40,222 bases of DNA, taken from positions 283,322-323,543 of the forward strand of contig NW_005201277.1 of the NCBI RefSeq assembly GCF_000372725.1, read 5' to 3'. The translations under genes and the position numbers were made by a program. The DNA is from Emiliania huxleyi CCMP1516. Its lineage: Eukaryota. Below are positions 1 through 11,251 of the stretch, in pieces. The notes under the pieces are model-generated. The model was not told where the DNA came from, made no database searches, and saw only the letters and a program-made list of their open reading frames with translations. Numbering within the stretch: position 1 is the first letter of the stretch; each line of letters begins with the position of its first letter.

Positions 1-616
1 AACCCTTGAGGAGCCTGGAGGAGCGTGCACGAATGCGCAGGGGGAAATAAATTCGCTTTTTATTCCACTTTTGAAAAAAAGACACCGTGTGCGGTGGGGG
101 GTTTCCCCGTGTCCCTCGTCCGCACGTCTCGTCTGCCCCTCCCCCTGTGTGCGCTCCAGCGCTGCGCTGTCGCCCTGACGGACCGCGGTCTACTCGCGGT
201 CTGCCGTCAGGCGTGGTACGTACTTATTTATACGTGTCAAGAGCGAAGAGGTGTCCGATCGACATCCGGATCGCGGAGATTATCTCGCGGCCGATGGCGA
301 AAAAAGCCGCGTACACATTCGTGCACAAAGCAGACACCAGACCTCGGTTTCCCATAGGGTTTCTGCTGCGGTTTTCCATGGCGGTTTCCCATAGCCGAAA
401 ACCCAGGGGTCGGTCGGTTTCTGCGGCGCGCTCTGTTTTTTCTGGGATCTGTTTTCTGGGACACCCGCCTCGATTTCCCGTGGGATCTGCCGTGGGTCTG
501 GTTTCTGCGGTGTGAATATATCTCCCGCTTCGTCCTAATGAGCTCATTCCGGCCAATGAACAGGTGAACCCCCATCCGATTTTTTTCAAGTGGGAACAGC
601 AAAAAAGCGGCCTGTG

Positions 617-1141
617 CATTCTGGTTTCTGGTTTCTGGTTTCTGCTCCGATTGGTCGCGACTGGTGATGAGTGTTAAGCTGAGGTTGTCAACGTCGGGTG
701 CGGGTAATTCTCGGCACGGATCGGCACGTGTGGTAGCGTGCGATGAGGCCTTGCCAGCTCCTGGTGGTGCCCTCAAGATCGCCGCGCGCATTGGCCGCTC
801 CGCCGACGTTGTGATAGAGCTTCTTTCTGTATCCAACAGAGTAGATCCAAACACTGTATTGATAGGTGATAGGTACTCAAAACACTCGCACAACGCCTGC
901 CTGCCTTTCACAGCTCAGCCTTTCAGGGCTTGGGCATGACAAGCAACGGCCCCGCCGGTCGGCGTCCGATGCACGAGGCAGCCATGTTGGCTGCCACGGC
1001 GTTTCCGCTCGGGATCGCGGCAGCCTGGCGGACTCGACCGCATCGCAGGCCTCCCTCCCGTGAGCCACAAAAGTGCGTGGCAGCGCGGCGCGCCGCCAAC
1101 CTCGCTTTCGGAGCAGAAACCAGAAACCAGAAACCATAATG
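617..1141. mobile_element. MITE-like non-autonomous DNA transposon (525 bp) with 34-bp TIRs and a TGTG target-site duplication
   Basis: 617-650 (CATTCTGGTTTCTGGTTTCTGGTTTCTGCTCCGA) is the reverse complement of 1108-1141 at 33/34 positions. TGTG flanks both ends (613-616 and 1142-1145). No transposase is recognisable inside. Confidence 0.75.
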
Positions 1142-1142
1142 T

Positions 1143-2768
1143 GTGGCAACCGCGCCCACCCTGGACCTCCCCACGGGCGAGGAGGAGCTGGTGCGCGACG
1201 TCATCTTCGGGCTGGCACCGGTGCTCCAACCCATGCTGGCGGGCGTCATCGCGAACCCGGCGAGCTCGGAGAGGCCGGCGCCGTCGCTCGGGCTGCGAAT
1301 GTGCGACGCCATCGCCGACCTGCTGGAATGGGGGCGACAGGCCCTACCGGATCTGGCGTCGACAGATAACGGCATTCTCGAGCCATTGGTGGAGCACCGG
1401 ATGTGGAAGGCGAAACACGGCCTCACGGACGGGATCTACGCGGGCACCTTCGCTCAGCTCCAGGCCTTGATGGCCGACCTGGGGAGGGCCTGCGACCGAG
1501 AAGCTGCACCAAAGATCCCGGCGCCGGCGAGCGAGGCGACGGTGACATTGAGCCTCGCCCACGAGGTCACCGCCACCTCGCGCGACGCGTTTGCCGCCGC
1601 CTTCCGACGAGACGTGGCGGCGTCACTTGACGTGAACGAGGATGCGGTCTTCGTCCTCACTATCTCGGCCGACTCCGCCGTCGTCGACTTCAGCGTGCCC
1701 GGCGCCGGTGACGTGGCGGGCATACTACGCGGGGGCGGCCTTTCAACGACGTACCTGACCCACTTTAACGGTGGCGTGACCGTCGACGCCGAGGTTGGCG
1801 ACAAGACGTGCCCACTACTGTGGCAGGCGGCAGACTCCACGGAGACGCGCTCATGGGAACGGCGGCTGGCTCAGGCGTTCCACCCCGAGGGGATGATCTG
1901 GGAGGAGGAGGGCCGCGATGTTCTCGCCAACTTCCTGCTACTGTCGTCGCGTCTCGTGGCGATCGGGTGGGTCCAAATCAAGTTGGCGGCGGCGGCCGTC
2001 GACGACGAGGAGACGGCGGTGCGCTTGGGACGGGCATACGGCGATGTCTTTGGACGAGCTCGGGCGGAGGCAGAGCAGCGCGGCAGAGCGGAGGATCACG
2101 GCAGATGGACGGACACGTCGCTCGAGGTGGCATCGGGTGGCCTGCACATGTTCTTCCATAGGGCGCAAGCCTTTGCCGACCGCCGAGGCGGGGTCGGCCC
2201 GGTCTTCTGGCGGGAGTTTGTTGATGCGGCGCGGGGGAGGGGGGAGTGGGCTCCGCTGCAGCTCCTCTCGGAGATCCAGACGAGTGCGGGCGCCCGACTC
2301 AGGGCGATGCCTTGGCTGATGTGGAACCGGCGGCCGTTTGCAGGGGCGACCAACGGGGACACGCTGGCTCAGCCGATGGAGGAGCCTGGGGCAGAGGCTC
2401 TGAGCGCCCAGGCGGAGGCCGACCTCGTTAACCACCGTGCAGCGGCGGCGCGGCGCGCAGCGGCGAGCAAGTGGCGGGCGAAGCAGAGGGAGAAGAACAT
2501 CTGGTGGTGGCAGGCGATCTGGCGGGAGATGGAGACTGCCCGAGCTAGAGTACAGCAGATCGCGCGGATCGTTGCGAGGGGGCAGTGGCGAGGGCGGTAC
2601 CCGGAGGTGCTCATCGTGGAGAACGCGACGCAGCTGATGGATCTGCTCTACAACCAGCTGGATGGATGTGAGGTTACCGACTGCACTCCAAGTGCTCCAA
2701 GTGCTCCTGGAGCGATAAAACGGTTCCCCCCAAGGGTTCCTCCCACCCAGAACATGCTGCTGTCTTAG
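1143..2768 (+). CDS. Hypothetical protein (541-codon open frame) with a central SEA-like segment; 5' end uncertain
   Basis: Long open frame with coding-like GC3 bias. The segment ATVTLSL...FAAAFRRDVAASLDV...VFVLTISADSAVVDFSV resembles algal SEA-like modules. The frame starts at GTG right after the MITE, and the first in-frame ATG is at 1233. Confidence 0.5.
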   Translation: MATAPTLDLPTGEEELVRDVIFGLAPVLQPMLAGVIANPASSERPAPSLGLRMCDAIADLLEWGRQALPDLASTDNGILEPLVEHRMWKAKHGLTDGIYAGTFAQLQALMADLGRACDREAAPKIPAPASEATVTLSLAHEVTATSRDAFAAAFRRDVAASLDVNEDAVFVLTISADSAVVDFSVPGAGDVAGILRGGGLSTTYLTHFNGGVTVDAEVGDKTCPLLWQAADSTETRSWERRLAQAFHPEGMIWEEEGRDVLANFLLLSSRLVAIGWVQIKLAAAAVDDEETAVRLGRAYGDVFGRARAEAEQRGRAEDHGRWTDTSLEVASGGLHMFFHRAQAFADRRGGVGPVFWREFVDAARGRGEWAPLQLLSEIQTSAGARLRAMPWLMWNRRPFAGATNGDTLAQPMEEPGAEALSAQAEADLVNHRAAAARRAAASKWRAKQREKNIWWWQAIWREMETARARVQQIARIVARGQWRGRYPEVLIVENATQLMDLLYNQLDGCEVTDCTPSAPSAPGAIKRFPPRVPPTQNMLLS

Positions 2769-3513
2769 TACTCCCGTTCGACCCATTCGGAATCCGATTA
2801 GTTAATGAAGGGTCATTCCGCCGGAATGACCCCTCCACGGGGAGATCGTTCACACCTCGAAAAACCAGAACCCAGAGTGTCTGGACCGATATTCCCATGG
2901 CCCGGATGTTTTCTGTGGGATGTGTCGAAAAAGCAGAATACAGAGCTCCTCCTCCTATAAATCAGACGGTTTCTTGATAGCTGATAAGCCAGGGAAGAGC
3001 CTGGTATCTCAGTATGTTATATCCTATGATATAACATAGTGGTGTCTGGTTTATGCACACCTCGGGCCGCGGGGCCCTAAGATCGACACTCGAGGAAGAG
3101 GTGCGCGCCGGCCGCGCGGGGGGACGCCGCTCCAGCCTCCGCCCCTCTCTCTCTCCATGCTCGCTGACTGCTCTCTCTGATATGATGCACATCACACCAC
3201 ATTGTTGGGTGACGCTCCCTCTCTGGGGCCCTATGTCTGCTGGCTCTGAGGCGGGGTCAGTGGTGGTATCGGAGCGCCCCACCGCTCGGCGCTCGGCTGC
3301 ACCGCCGGCGCCATCGGCAGGGACATCGTTCGTAGTGGAGCAACGGCTGTGTTGTCCGATCTGTCTGTATGGCTGGCTAACCTTGGTTGTGAGGTAGCCT
3401 TCTATACCCTCCTGCTGAAGTGGGTCGCCGCCATCTCTTTCTTTTTTGCGGACTAGCCGGAATCTATGTCCCAGCGGCGATCTGATTGAGTTGTCTTCAC
3501 TGCATCCTCGGGA

Positions 3514-3640
3514 NNNNNNNNNNNNNNNNNNNNNNNNNNNNNNNNNNNNNNNNNNNNNNNNNNNNNNNNNNNNNNNNNNNNNNNNNNNNNNNNNNNNNNN
3601 NNNNNNNNNNNNNNNNNNNNNNNNNNNNNNNNNNNNNNNN
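3514..3640. other. Assembly gap (N run)
   Basis: Run of N. Confidence 1.
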
Positions 3641-4398
3641 CAACCAAGCCAGCGGGTGAAGTGTTGTGGGAGGATGCGTCCTTATGTGTCACAAACTTGT
3701 AGCGCTACATGTTTGGACACACAGACACACCGGCGGGCGCTTTCGAGGGGCGAGCGGCAGCATTTTTTTAGCCATAGTGTGCGGGAACTACTTTGCCGTT
3801 GCGGGACGATAGGGATAGCTAGTACTTGCTGCACCCGCGGCGCGCAGCGCCGAAGAAATTTTTGAAACATGCTAAAAGTTGGGCGCTCCGAGACGACCAA
3901 AGTGGTAAAAGTCGCACTCTCCCCTGACCCGATCAAAAGCGTAAAAGCACCCGAGGCTCCAGAAACCTAACCCTCAGACTATGGCTGTCTGCTGGGGTGT
4001 GTGAGTGTGAGGAAGAAAACTGTTCGTTTTAAAACGGTTGGCAAAAATAAAACCTCCGCCACGCAGTGCATCGGCGATCGGGGACATCGGCCATCGGCAG
4101 TTCGTCTGATCGGTGGGACCGCTGTCATCGATCGCGCGTCAACGGGACACCTTGCCTGCCACCGACCGGGCCGCGGCCACCGCGAGAGCCGTCCCGCACA
4201 CCCTTGCGAGCGAATCCTCTGGGTTTTCTCAGACAAAAAGAGATGCCAAAATAAAAAGAAAACGCGTCCGCAAGAATAAAAAGAAAAGACGTCGCTCCGC
4301 TGCAAAAGAATTTAAACAAAACAACTCTCTCTCAAAAGAATTCGCTCGCTTCTACCTGCTGCAGCCGGCGCGTGCGTTGCCTCGCTGCCCTTGACCCG

Positions 4399-5279
4399 AT
4401 GGCCTCCCACCGCATCGGCGCGCGCGTCTCGGGCCTCTCGCGAGCGGAGCTGTGCGCCATCATCGAGGCGCAGGCGGGCGCGAGCGACGCCGCGCTGCGC
4501 GTGGCGGAGGAGCACGCCGCACGGCTCGTGGAGCAGCCCGAGTGGATCCTCTCCGAGGTCCTCCTCTCGCCGGACCTCGCCCCGCACATCCTCGCCCAGC
4601 TGCCGACCAAGGCGCACGCCGTCAAGGGGACGTGCCGCGCGTGGCGCCGCGGCTGGAAGGAGACGCTGGCGAGGCGCGAGAGGCCGCGCCTGGTCGTGTT
4701 CGGCGGCCTCGACAACGGCGACGAGTTTGTCGCTCGGTGGAGCGGTACGACCCGTCAACGAACGCGTGGGAGGAGGAAGCTGTGGCGCCGATGCCGACGG
4801 CACGAACAGATGTCCGCATGGCGGTGCTCGATGGCAAGCTCTACGCGGCAGGCGGCCATAGTGAGGCTGACGGCGTCCTCAGCTCGGTGGAGCGGTACGA
4901 CCTGGCTACGAAATCGTGGGAGGCGGTGGCGCCGATGGAAGAGGCGCGGTATGACCACGCCGTCGCGGTGCTCGACGGCACGCTGTACGCTGTGGGAGGC
5001 CACAACGAAGTAGACCTTAGTTCGGTGGAGCGGTACGACCCGGCGTTGGATGCGTGGGAGGCGGTGGCGCCGATGGCGGCGGCGCGGCACACCCCCGGCG
5101 CGGCGGTGCTCGACGGCAAGCTGTACGCTGCTGGCGGGGGCGTCGTCGATGGTCGCCTCACCTCGGTCGAGCGGTACAACGCGTCTACGAATGCGTGGGA
5201 GGCGGTGGCGCCGATGGGGACGGGGCGTCACGATCCCGGCATGGCGGTGCTCGACGGCAAGCTGTATGCTATCGGCGGG
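4399..5279 (+). pseudogene. F-box-like/Kelch-repeat protein with a 1-nt frameshift near 4733; 3' end lost in the gap
   Basis: The ATG 4399 frame gives an F-box-like motif (LSPDLAPHILAQL...VKGTCRAWR) followed by LVVFGG. Kelch repeats (SVERYDP..NAWEAVAPM...R....AVLDGKLYAAGG, about 4 copies) continue in another frame from 4734. This is either a real pseudogene or a sequencing error. Confidence 0.8.
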
Positions 5280-5379
5280 NNNNNNNNNNNNNNNNNNNNN
5301 NNNNNNNNNNNNNNNNNNNNNNNNNNNNNNNNNNNNNNNNNNNNNNNNNNNNNNNNNNNNNNNNNNNNNNNNNNNNNNN
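5280..5379. other. Assembly gap (100 N)
   Basis: Run of N. Confidence 1.
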
Positions 5380-7479
5380 CAAAAGAGGTGGCTAAGGTTT
5401 CTCCATGGTCAACCCACGCTGTGTGGGCTCTCCTGCTTGCACACCGGTGTGTGCACACTTTTACGTGCGAAGTAAAAGTGTGCGGCTCCCTGTGCTGCTT
5501 CAAACGCGGCCCTCTCCGCCCGGCGTGACAGGGCCACTGGTGTGGCTCGATCTTCATCTTAGGATGCTGCGCTGGCCTCTGGCACACCCAGCAGCGCTCG
5601 CGTCGCAGCTACCACCGAGTGGCACTCCGAACAGCATCGCACACCAGCATGGGATCCCGGCGGGATCCGGTAAAAGTGTGCACCCTCCCATAGGCTGTGT
5701 GTAGCAATGGCATACTGTGAGAGCACAGCTGCCCGTGCGCGTCGAGCTGCGCCGCGGCTGCAGCGGCATCGAAGCGCCAGAAGGGCCATTTGAGGACCAC
5801 AGAGGCTCGCCACCAGCGCACAGTTGATGACGCCCACGGGGATGGCATCGCGCACACCCGCACTACGCTCCGGTGGCGCAGAGGGAGCTGGGCATGGCCT
5901 TTGCTGCTGCGCCTGCTGCGCCATCACCGCCACTGCCGAGGCTATGCTGCGCGTTGACACTCGCGCTGCCGATTGCTGCCAATCGCGCGGCGTGAGAACA
6001 GCATCGCGGCCGCGCGAGCCGGCTTGTGCATATTGCACCGTGGCAGCGGGCTGCGTGCCAGCACCGCCGCGAGGCGTTTGAGCACCGCGTGACGACGCGC
6101 GCAGGGCCCTCCCACCCTAGGGCAACCTTATCGGCCATCGGCGGCCCGGGATGAAGCATGATCGTGTCGCTGTCACGCCGACGACAAGCCTCGCACACAC
6201 ACCCTAATATCGGGCAGCGATCAACTTTCGGATCTCGTCGGAGGACCCACGCTTTCACAGTCAGAGTCACGCAGCGCTCTTTTGATTTCGCCTTTTCCTT
6301 TTCAGCAACCCAAACACACTACGACGGGCCGCCCAACACACTACGACGGGAAACCGTTGCATCCAGCAGCAGCGAGCGAGTGGCACACGCACACAGACCC
6401 CACGCACACTATGCGCGCCAAGCGCACCACCACCGACACACAGAAACGGATACCCCGCCGCACGGCTGAGTCGACGGGCAGTAGGCAGTGCGCCTCGACA
6501 CCAGGCTGCGAGTGGCGCCGGCTCACATTCGCCACGGCCACCGCGCGCCCGCTCCACACACAACTTGCTGTCCGCTGGACCCGGCGCGCTGGCACACCGC
6601 ATGCGACACCGGCACACTGGCACACCGGCATCGTTCCTGCCGCACGCGCTGATCCGGCGAGCGCGCGAGCGCGGCACGGCGCGTCTGGACAACGGGCGCA
6701 AGCCGTAGCGCGCCGGCTCTGCCGGATGCACACCAATCACTTTGCAGCTGCAGCGCCGCGCCTCGAGAGGTGTTCAGTCCCGAACTGCGCGCCGAATACG
6801 GTGACGACGCGGGTCTGATGACCACCGGCCAGCACCCGTCCGGGCCGTGACTGCCTCCTCCCATCAGCAGCGCCGCGCGCCGCTCGTGCCGCGCGAGAAG
6901 GTGTTCAGTCAACGGCGGGCGCCTCGCCAGCACTGCCTGGCGCACCCGTCAAAATGTGCGCACACCTCGCCATCTCCGCCGCCTCCGAGGCCACCGGCGC
7001 CATGAGTGGTGTCTGCGCCGTCGCCGTGGGGGCCTTGGCCGGCTTGATTGGCCTCAAAGTCAGCTTTGCCGCCCCGCCGCGAGCGCCGAAAAAGCGTCAA
7101 CCGCGCAACGGCGTGACGGAGAGAGAGCGACCGCGCTGCTTCTGCGAGCCGCTAGGAGCCGAGCCGATGTCTATCCGAAGCCGTCTGCCGCGCGCGTCGG
7201 TCGCGAAGGGCCCGCCGGGGATCAGTTTCCACTCCTCTGAGGCTGCCGATCACCTAAACTGCACCCCGTGTGTCGACGGGGCACTGGTGTGGAACCGGGC
7301 TCAAAAAAGCGGATTTGACCGTGCGGGTTTCTTTAGCTAGGTTGTTGCGGCGAGCAGGTGGGGCGCTTTGTCTACCTTGTACCTCTGGTTTTTCACATGT
7401 AGGGGTAGGACGTACACATACACACCCCCCGCGTCTCTCTCAAGTCGTCAACGGCCCGCGCGCCACTCGGCTGTCGGCT

Positions 7480-8864
7480 CTACTGCACGTGCTGCGTCGA
7501 TTCTGTGATGTTGAAGAGCAGCTGCGTCAGCCACCGTTTGGTGGTGACGTCGTCCTTGAGGCAGGCGCTAAAGGTTGCGTCGCGCAGCACGTCCGGCAGG
7601 CACTGCCGCAGCGCCTCTCTCGCGCGCGGGTTGTCGGACAGCCGCAAGTAGCACCGCACGATGTGCTTGAGCAGCCGCGCCGAGGGCTGGTCGACGAGCG
7701 AGCCCACCAGGTTGCCTGCGGCGCGAGGGGGAGGGTAGGGTGGCAGCGTGGCGGCGGCAGTTCGGCGCGCAGCGGCAGCGCGGGACAAGGGAGGCGTGTG
7801 TCGCGGCGCGGGGACGTCGGGGCGGCGCGCGCCCAGGACAGTCGAGACGGCGTAGAATCGCTCTGCAGTCGCGCAGATGTAGGCGAGGCCCGTCTCGTCG
7901 AGTAGGATCTTTTGGACGATGAAGGTTGCCACCGTCTTTGAGAGCTCGGAGCCTGTGCGAATACGCCAGAGTCAAGGGGATGCGGCACCGGTGCGGGAGG
8001 CAGCCGGCGTATGCGAGGGACACGAATACAGCGAATACGGCGGGAGGCAGGCCGGGTACATGTCCTCTCGAGCGACAGTCGGAGGACACATATCTGTGAT
8101 TCAGCGTCTAGGGAGCCGCTCCGGTCTCCATGATGCGCAGGCAGAGCGGGATGATCTCTGTCGACAGGAGAAAGTTGATGACGTCCGGGTCGTCCACCTG
8201 CGCACGCGCGGGGGGGGAGAGGGTCTCCTGCACGCTGGCGCGGTGGCGAGGGGCCTCTGACGCGGGGGCGCGGGGGAATGATCCGCTTCTGGCGCGCGTG
8301 CGGCGCTTCTGGCGCTTCTGGCGCGCCAGCGGCGGCGGCGTGCGTGCGCGGCTGCGTGCGCGCCGCGGGGGAGAGACGCTAGGCGGCGGTGTGGCGCGCG
8401 GCTGCACGGCTGCGCCGAGGGCGCGCCTTGACGAGCGCGCCGATGACGCCCAGCGAGGTCAGGCGGAGGTACTCAAAGGGGCGCGTCTTGGAGATGGTGT
8501 TGAGGAAGGGGTAGAGGAAGAGCGGGATGTGCGCGTTCAGGAAGAGCGTCCGCGTCTCTGGGTGCGACGCGACGCACTGCAGCAGCGCCAGCGCGTTACA
8601 GACGCGATTCGAGGCCTGCGCGGTGAGCGACGGCGGCGACAGCAGCGGGTAGATGGCGACGATCTCCTGCAGCAGCGCCGAGATGGTGCCGAAGGAGTGC
8701 CACAGGATGGGCGCCAGGTCGATGAAGGTCTCCCGCCGCTTGCTCAGCTCGAGCAGCGCCGCCTCGCGCTGCTCTGGGTTGGTCAGCTCGAGCACGAGGT
8801 GGAAGATCTTCTCAGCCTCGTCTTCTGGGCGCGTGTGGTCAGGGCGCTGCGCAGGGTCAAGCAT
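7480..8864 (-). CDS. CNOT9: CCR4-NOT subunit 9 / cell differentiation protein Rcd1 (Caf40); 4 exons: 8864-8427, 8197-8122, 7952-7833, 7715-7480
   Basis: The joined exons give hallmark Rcd1 motifs: [120 protein letters not shown]. Intron donors are GC, GA and GC. Confidence 0.95.
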
Positions 8865-9064
8865 GCACTCTGTGGAAGGTGTTTGTTCGCGACGCGGGGC
8901 AATGCTGGTCTGCCGGCGCTGCAGCGCAAACAAAAAAAGAAATATGTGTGAACTCCCAGTCCCAGTAAGGACCTACATCAGAAAGGCGGGCACTCTCTTG
9001 TCACCTTCGCCGAGCTCTCGCTGCGCAGCGGCGCGACCCGCGGTTCGCTGTGTCCGAAGAGGCT

Positions 9065-10367
9065 ATGCTCCTACCGCTGCTGCCCGTGCTCGGCCTCGCA
9101 CGCACCTCCGCGCCCGCGGCGCTGTCCGCCGCCATCGACGCCGCGTGCGCGCTGCCAGAGGTGGAGCGGCCAGACGCCATCGCGTCGGCGCTCTCCTCGC
9201 TCCACTTCTTCGGCGCCGCGTCGCCGCCGCTCTCCCGCCGCGAGCTGAGCTTCGACGAGCTCGAGCAGCTCACCGGCCGGCCGCGCGCCTCCTTTGCGCC
9301 CGCGTCGCGCTCGCGCCCGCGCCCCGCCTCGCGGCCGGCCTCGCTCAGCATGGCGGCGACCGTGGTGGGCGTGCAGGGGCTGCTCGCGGAGGCGTGCCTC
9401 TCCCAGGGTGCGCCGGGCGGGCCCGTCGGTCCGATCGCCACGCTCCGCACGCTCGAGTGGTGGCAGCTGCCGGCGGTGCTGCTCGCCACCGCCGGCGGCG
9501 CTGTGCTGCTGGTGGCGGTCGTGGATGTGGGCCTGCTTGGCGGCGCTCTGCTGCGGACGCTGTCGCGGGCGGTGAGCCCCGAGGCGGAGGCTCGCTTCGC
9601 GCGCCACGAGGCGGGCCACTTCCTCACCGCCCTTCTGCTCGGGTGTGCGGTGGAGGCGGTCGAGGCGTCGCCCATGTCTGCGCTCGCCAACCGGCGGCTG
9701 CGCGGCTCTCCCGGGGTGGTCGTCCACGCGGCGGCGAGATGCGGAGCCGAGAAGCAGCCGAGATGCAGCCGAGATGCCAAGCCGAGAAGCAGCCGAGAAG
9801 CAGCCGAGATGCGAAGCCGAGAAGCAGCCGAGGTGCAGCCGAGATGCGGAGCCGAGAAGCAGCCGAGATGCAGCCGAGATGCCAAGCCGAGAAGCAGCCG
9901 AGGTGCAGCCGAGATGCGAAGCCGAGAAGCAGCCGAGGTGCAGCCGAGATGCGAAGCCGAGAAGCAGCCGAGGTGCAGCCGAGTTGGAAGCCGAGATGCA
10001 GCCGAGATGCAGCCGAGATGCAGCCGAGATGCCCGTTTGGTCGCCCGCTCCCAGGCGCTCGATGCGGCGGCGGAGGGGCGCGGCGCCCCGGCGGCGGATG
10101 TGGACGCGGCGAGCCTCGTGCGAACTGATCTCCCCATATCTCCCCATATCTCCCCATATCTCCCCATATCTCCCCATATCTCCGCATATCTCCCCATATC
10201 TCCGCATATCTCCCCATATCTCCCCGTATCTCCCCAGGCGAGCATCGTGCTGATGGGCGGGATCGCCGCGGAGGCGCTCGCGTTCCGCTCCGCCGAGGGA
10301 GGCGCGTCGGACGAGCGAGACCTGCGGCTGCTGCTGGAGGCGCAGGAGGGGCGGGCGGGGCGGGACG

Positions 10368-10442
<75 letters not shown>

Positions 10443-10777
10443 CGGCGGGTGGGGAGGGCGAGGCGGGCGGGAAGGAGGAGCTGCGGCTGGCGCCGGCGGC
10501 GCACGCGCGCTGGGCGGCCGCCAACGCAGCGCTGCTGCTGCGCGCGCACGCGCCCGCCCTCGCCGCGCTCGAGGAGAGGCTACGCGCCGGCGCGACGGTG
10601 GGCGAGTGCGCAGTCAGCCTGTCGGAGCACATCCCCCCGCCGCCTTGCGCCGAGCCGAGCGAGCAGGCGTGGCCGCGCAGCGCTGCCGCGTTCCCCGAGA
10701 GGAGGGAGACGACACTCGAATTGCGCCGAGGCGTGGCTAGGCGAGCCGGCATTGGGTTCGGGAGACGGGAGCGGTGA
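9065..10777 (+). CDS. FtsH/M41-like zinc metalloprotease-domain protein lacking an AAA domain (plant VIR3-like), probably plastid-targeted; introns about 9734-10054 and 10109-10237
   Basis: Signal-peptide-like N-terminus MLLPLLPVLGLA, a TM segment, the HEAGH zinc motif, then LMGGIAAEALAF..AEGGASD and ARWAAANAALLL. Repeat-filled in-frame stretches end in CAG acceptors. The exact C-terminus is uncertain. Confidence 0.8.
9736..10031 (+). repeat. Intronic minisatellite, ~11-bp unit GCAGCCGAGAT (variants GCAGCCGAGAA, GCAGCCGAGGT)
   Basis: Directly visible tandem array. Confidence 0.95.
10128..10235 (+). repeat. Intronic minisatellite, 10-bp unit ATCTCCCCAT
   Basis: Directly visible tandem array ending at the CCCCAG acceptor. 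Confidence 0.95.
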
Positions 10778-11251
10778 ACGGGCCGTGGAATCCGAGCCGC
10801 GAGCGTGCACCGTGGTGCGGATTTTTGGACCTCGTGTGAGCGAGGACGCCACGCTGCGCTTTTGAGAGAGCGGTTTGATGATTGATCCGCATCGCCGGCG
10901 TGGGCGTGCGGCGCGAGCCGCGAGGCGGCAGGCGCGAGCGGCGTCCGCCTCCGTCCGGCCTCTCTACTCTCCTCCGTCGTCGGAATGCCCACAAGTTATC
11001 AAATGTGTCGTAAAAACCAAAACGGTGTGTTTCACATGGTGGCGAAGAAACGACCATCACTCCCCGGACAACTAAGGCGAAGAGCGACCATCGCATTTAC
11101 ACAATCACAGACGAACGCTGTGTGCGTCCCGCTGTGCCAGCAAGCCCGCGCGAGTCACGACTCTCGTGGGCCAGCACGATAGGCGCGAAAATAGTCATGC
11201 CGAGTGTCGGGCCCTTAGCCGGGCCCCCCTAGCCGCCGGAGGCGGCGCGCC

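Noticed and set aside
3261..3899. Weak inverted match TGGTGGTATCGGAGCGCCC vs 3881-3899 (17/19)
   Set aside because: Short, spans an assembly gap and shows no TSD, so it is insufficient to call an element.
3963..3974. Telomere-like CCTAACCCT
   Set aside because: Only about 1.5 units, compatible with chance.
5380..7400. Numerous short ORFs and a repeated GGTGTTCAGTC motif
   Set aside because: No recognisable domain or consistent exon chain.
9736..10235. Regular repeat arrays as a possible CRISPR array or as protein repeats
   Set aside because: No unique spacers and no cas genes. The arrays are head-to-tail minisatellites inside predicted introns that interrupt a conserved protease domain.
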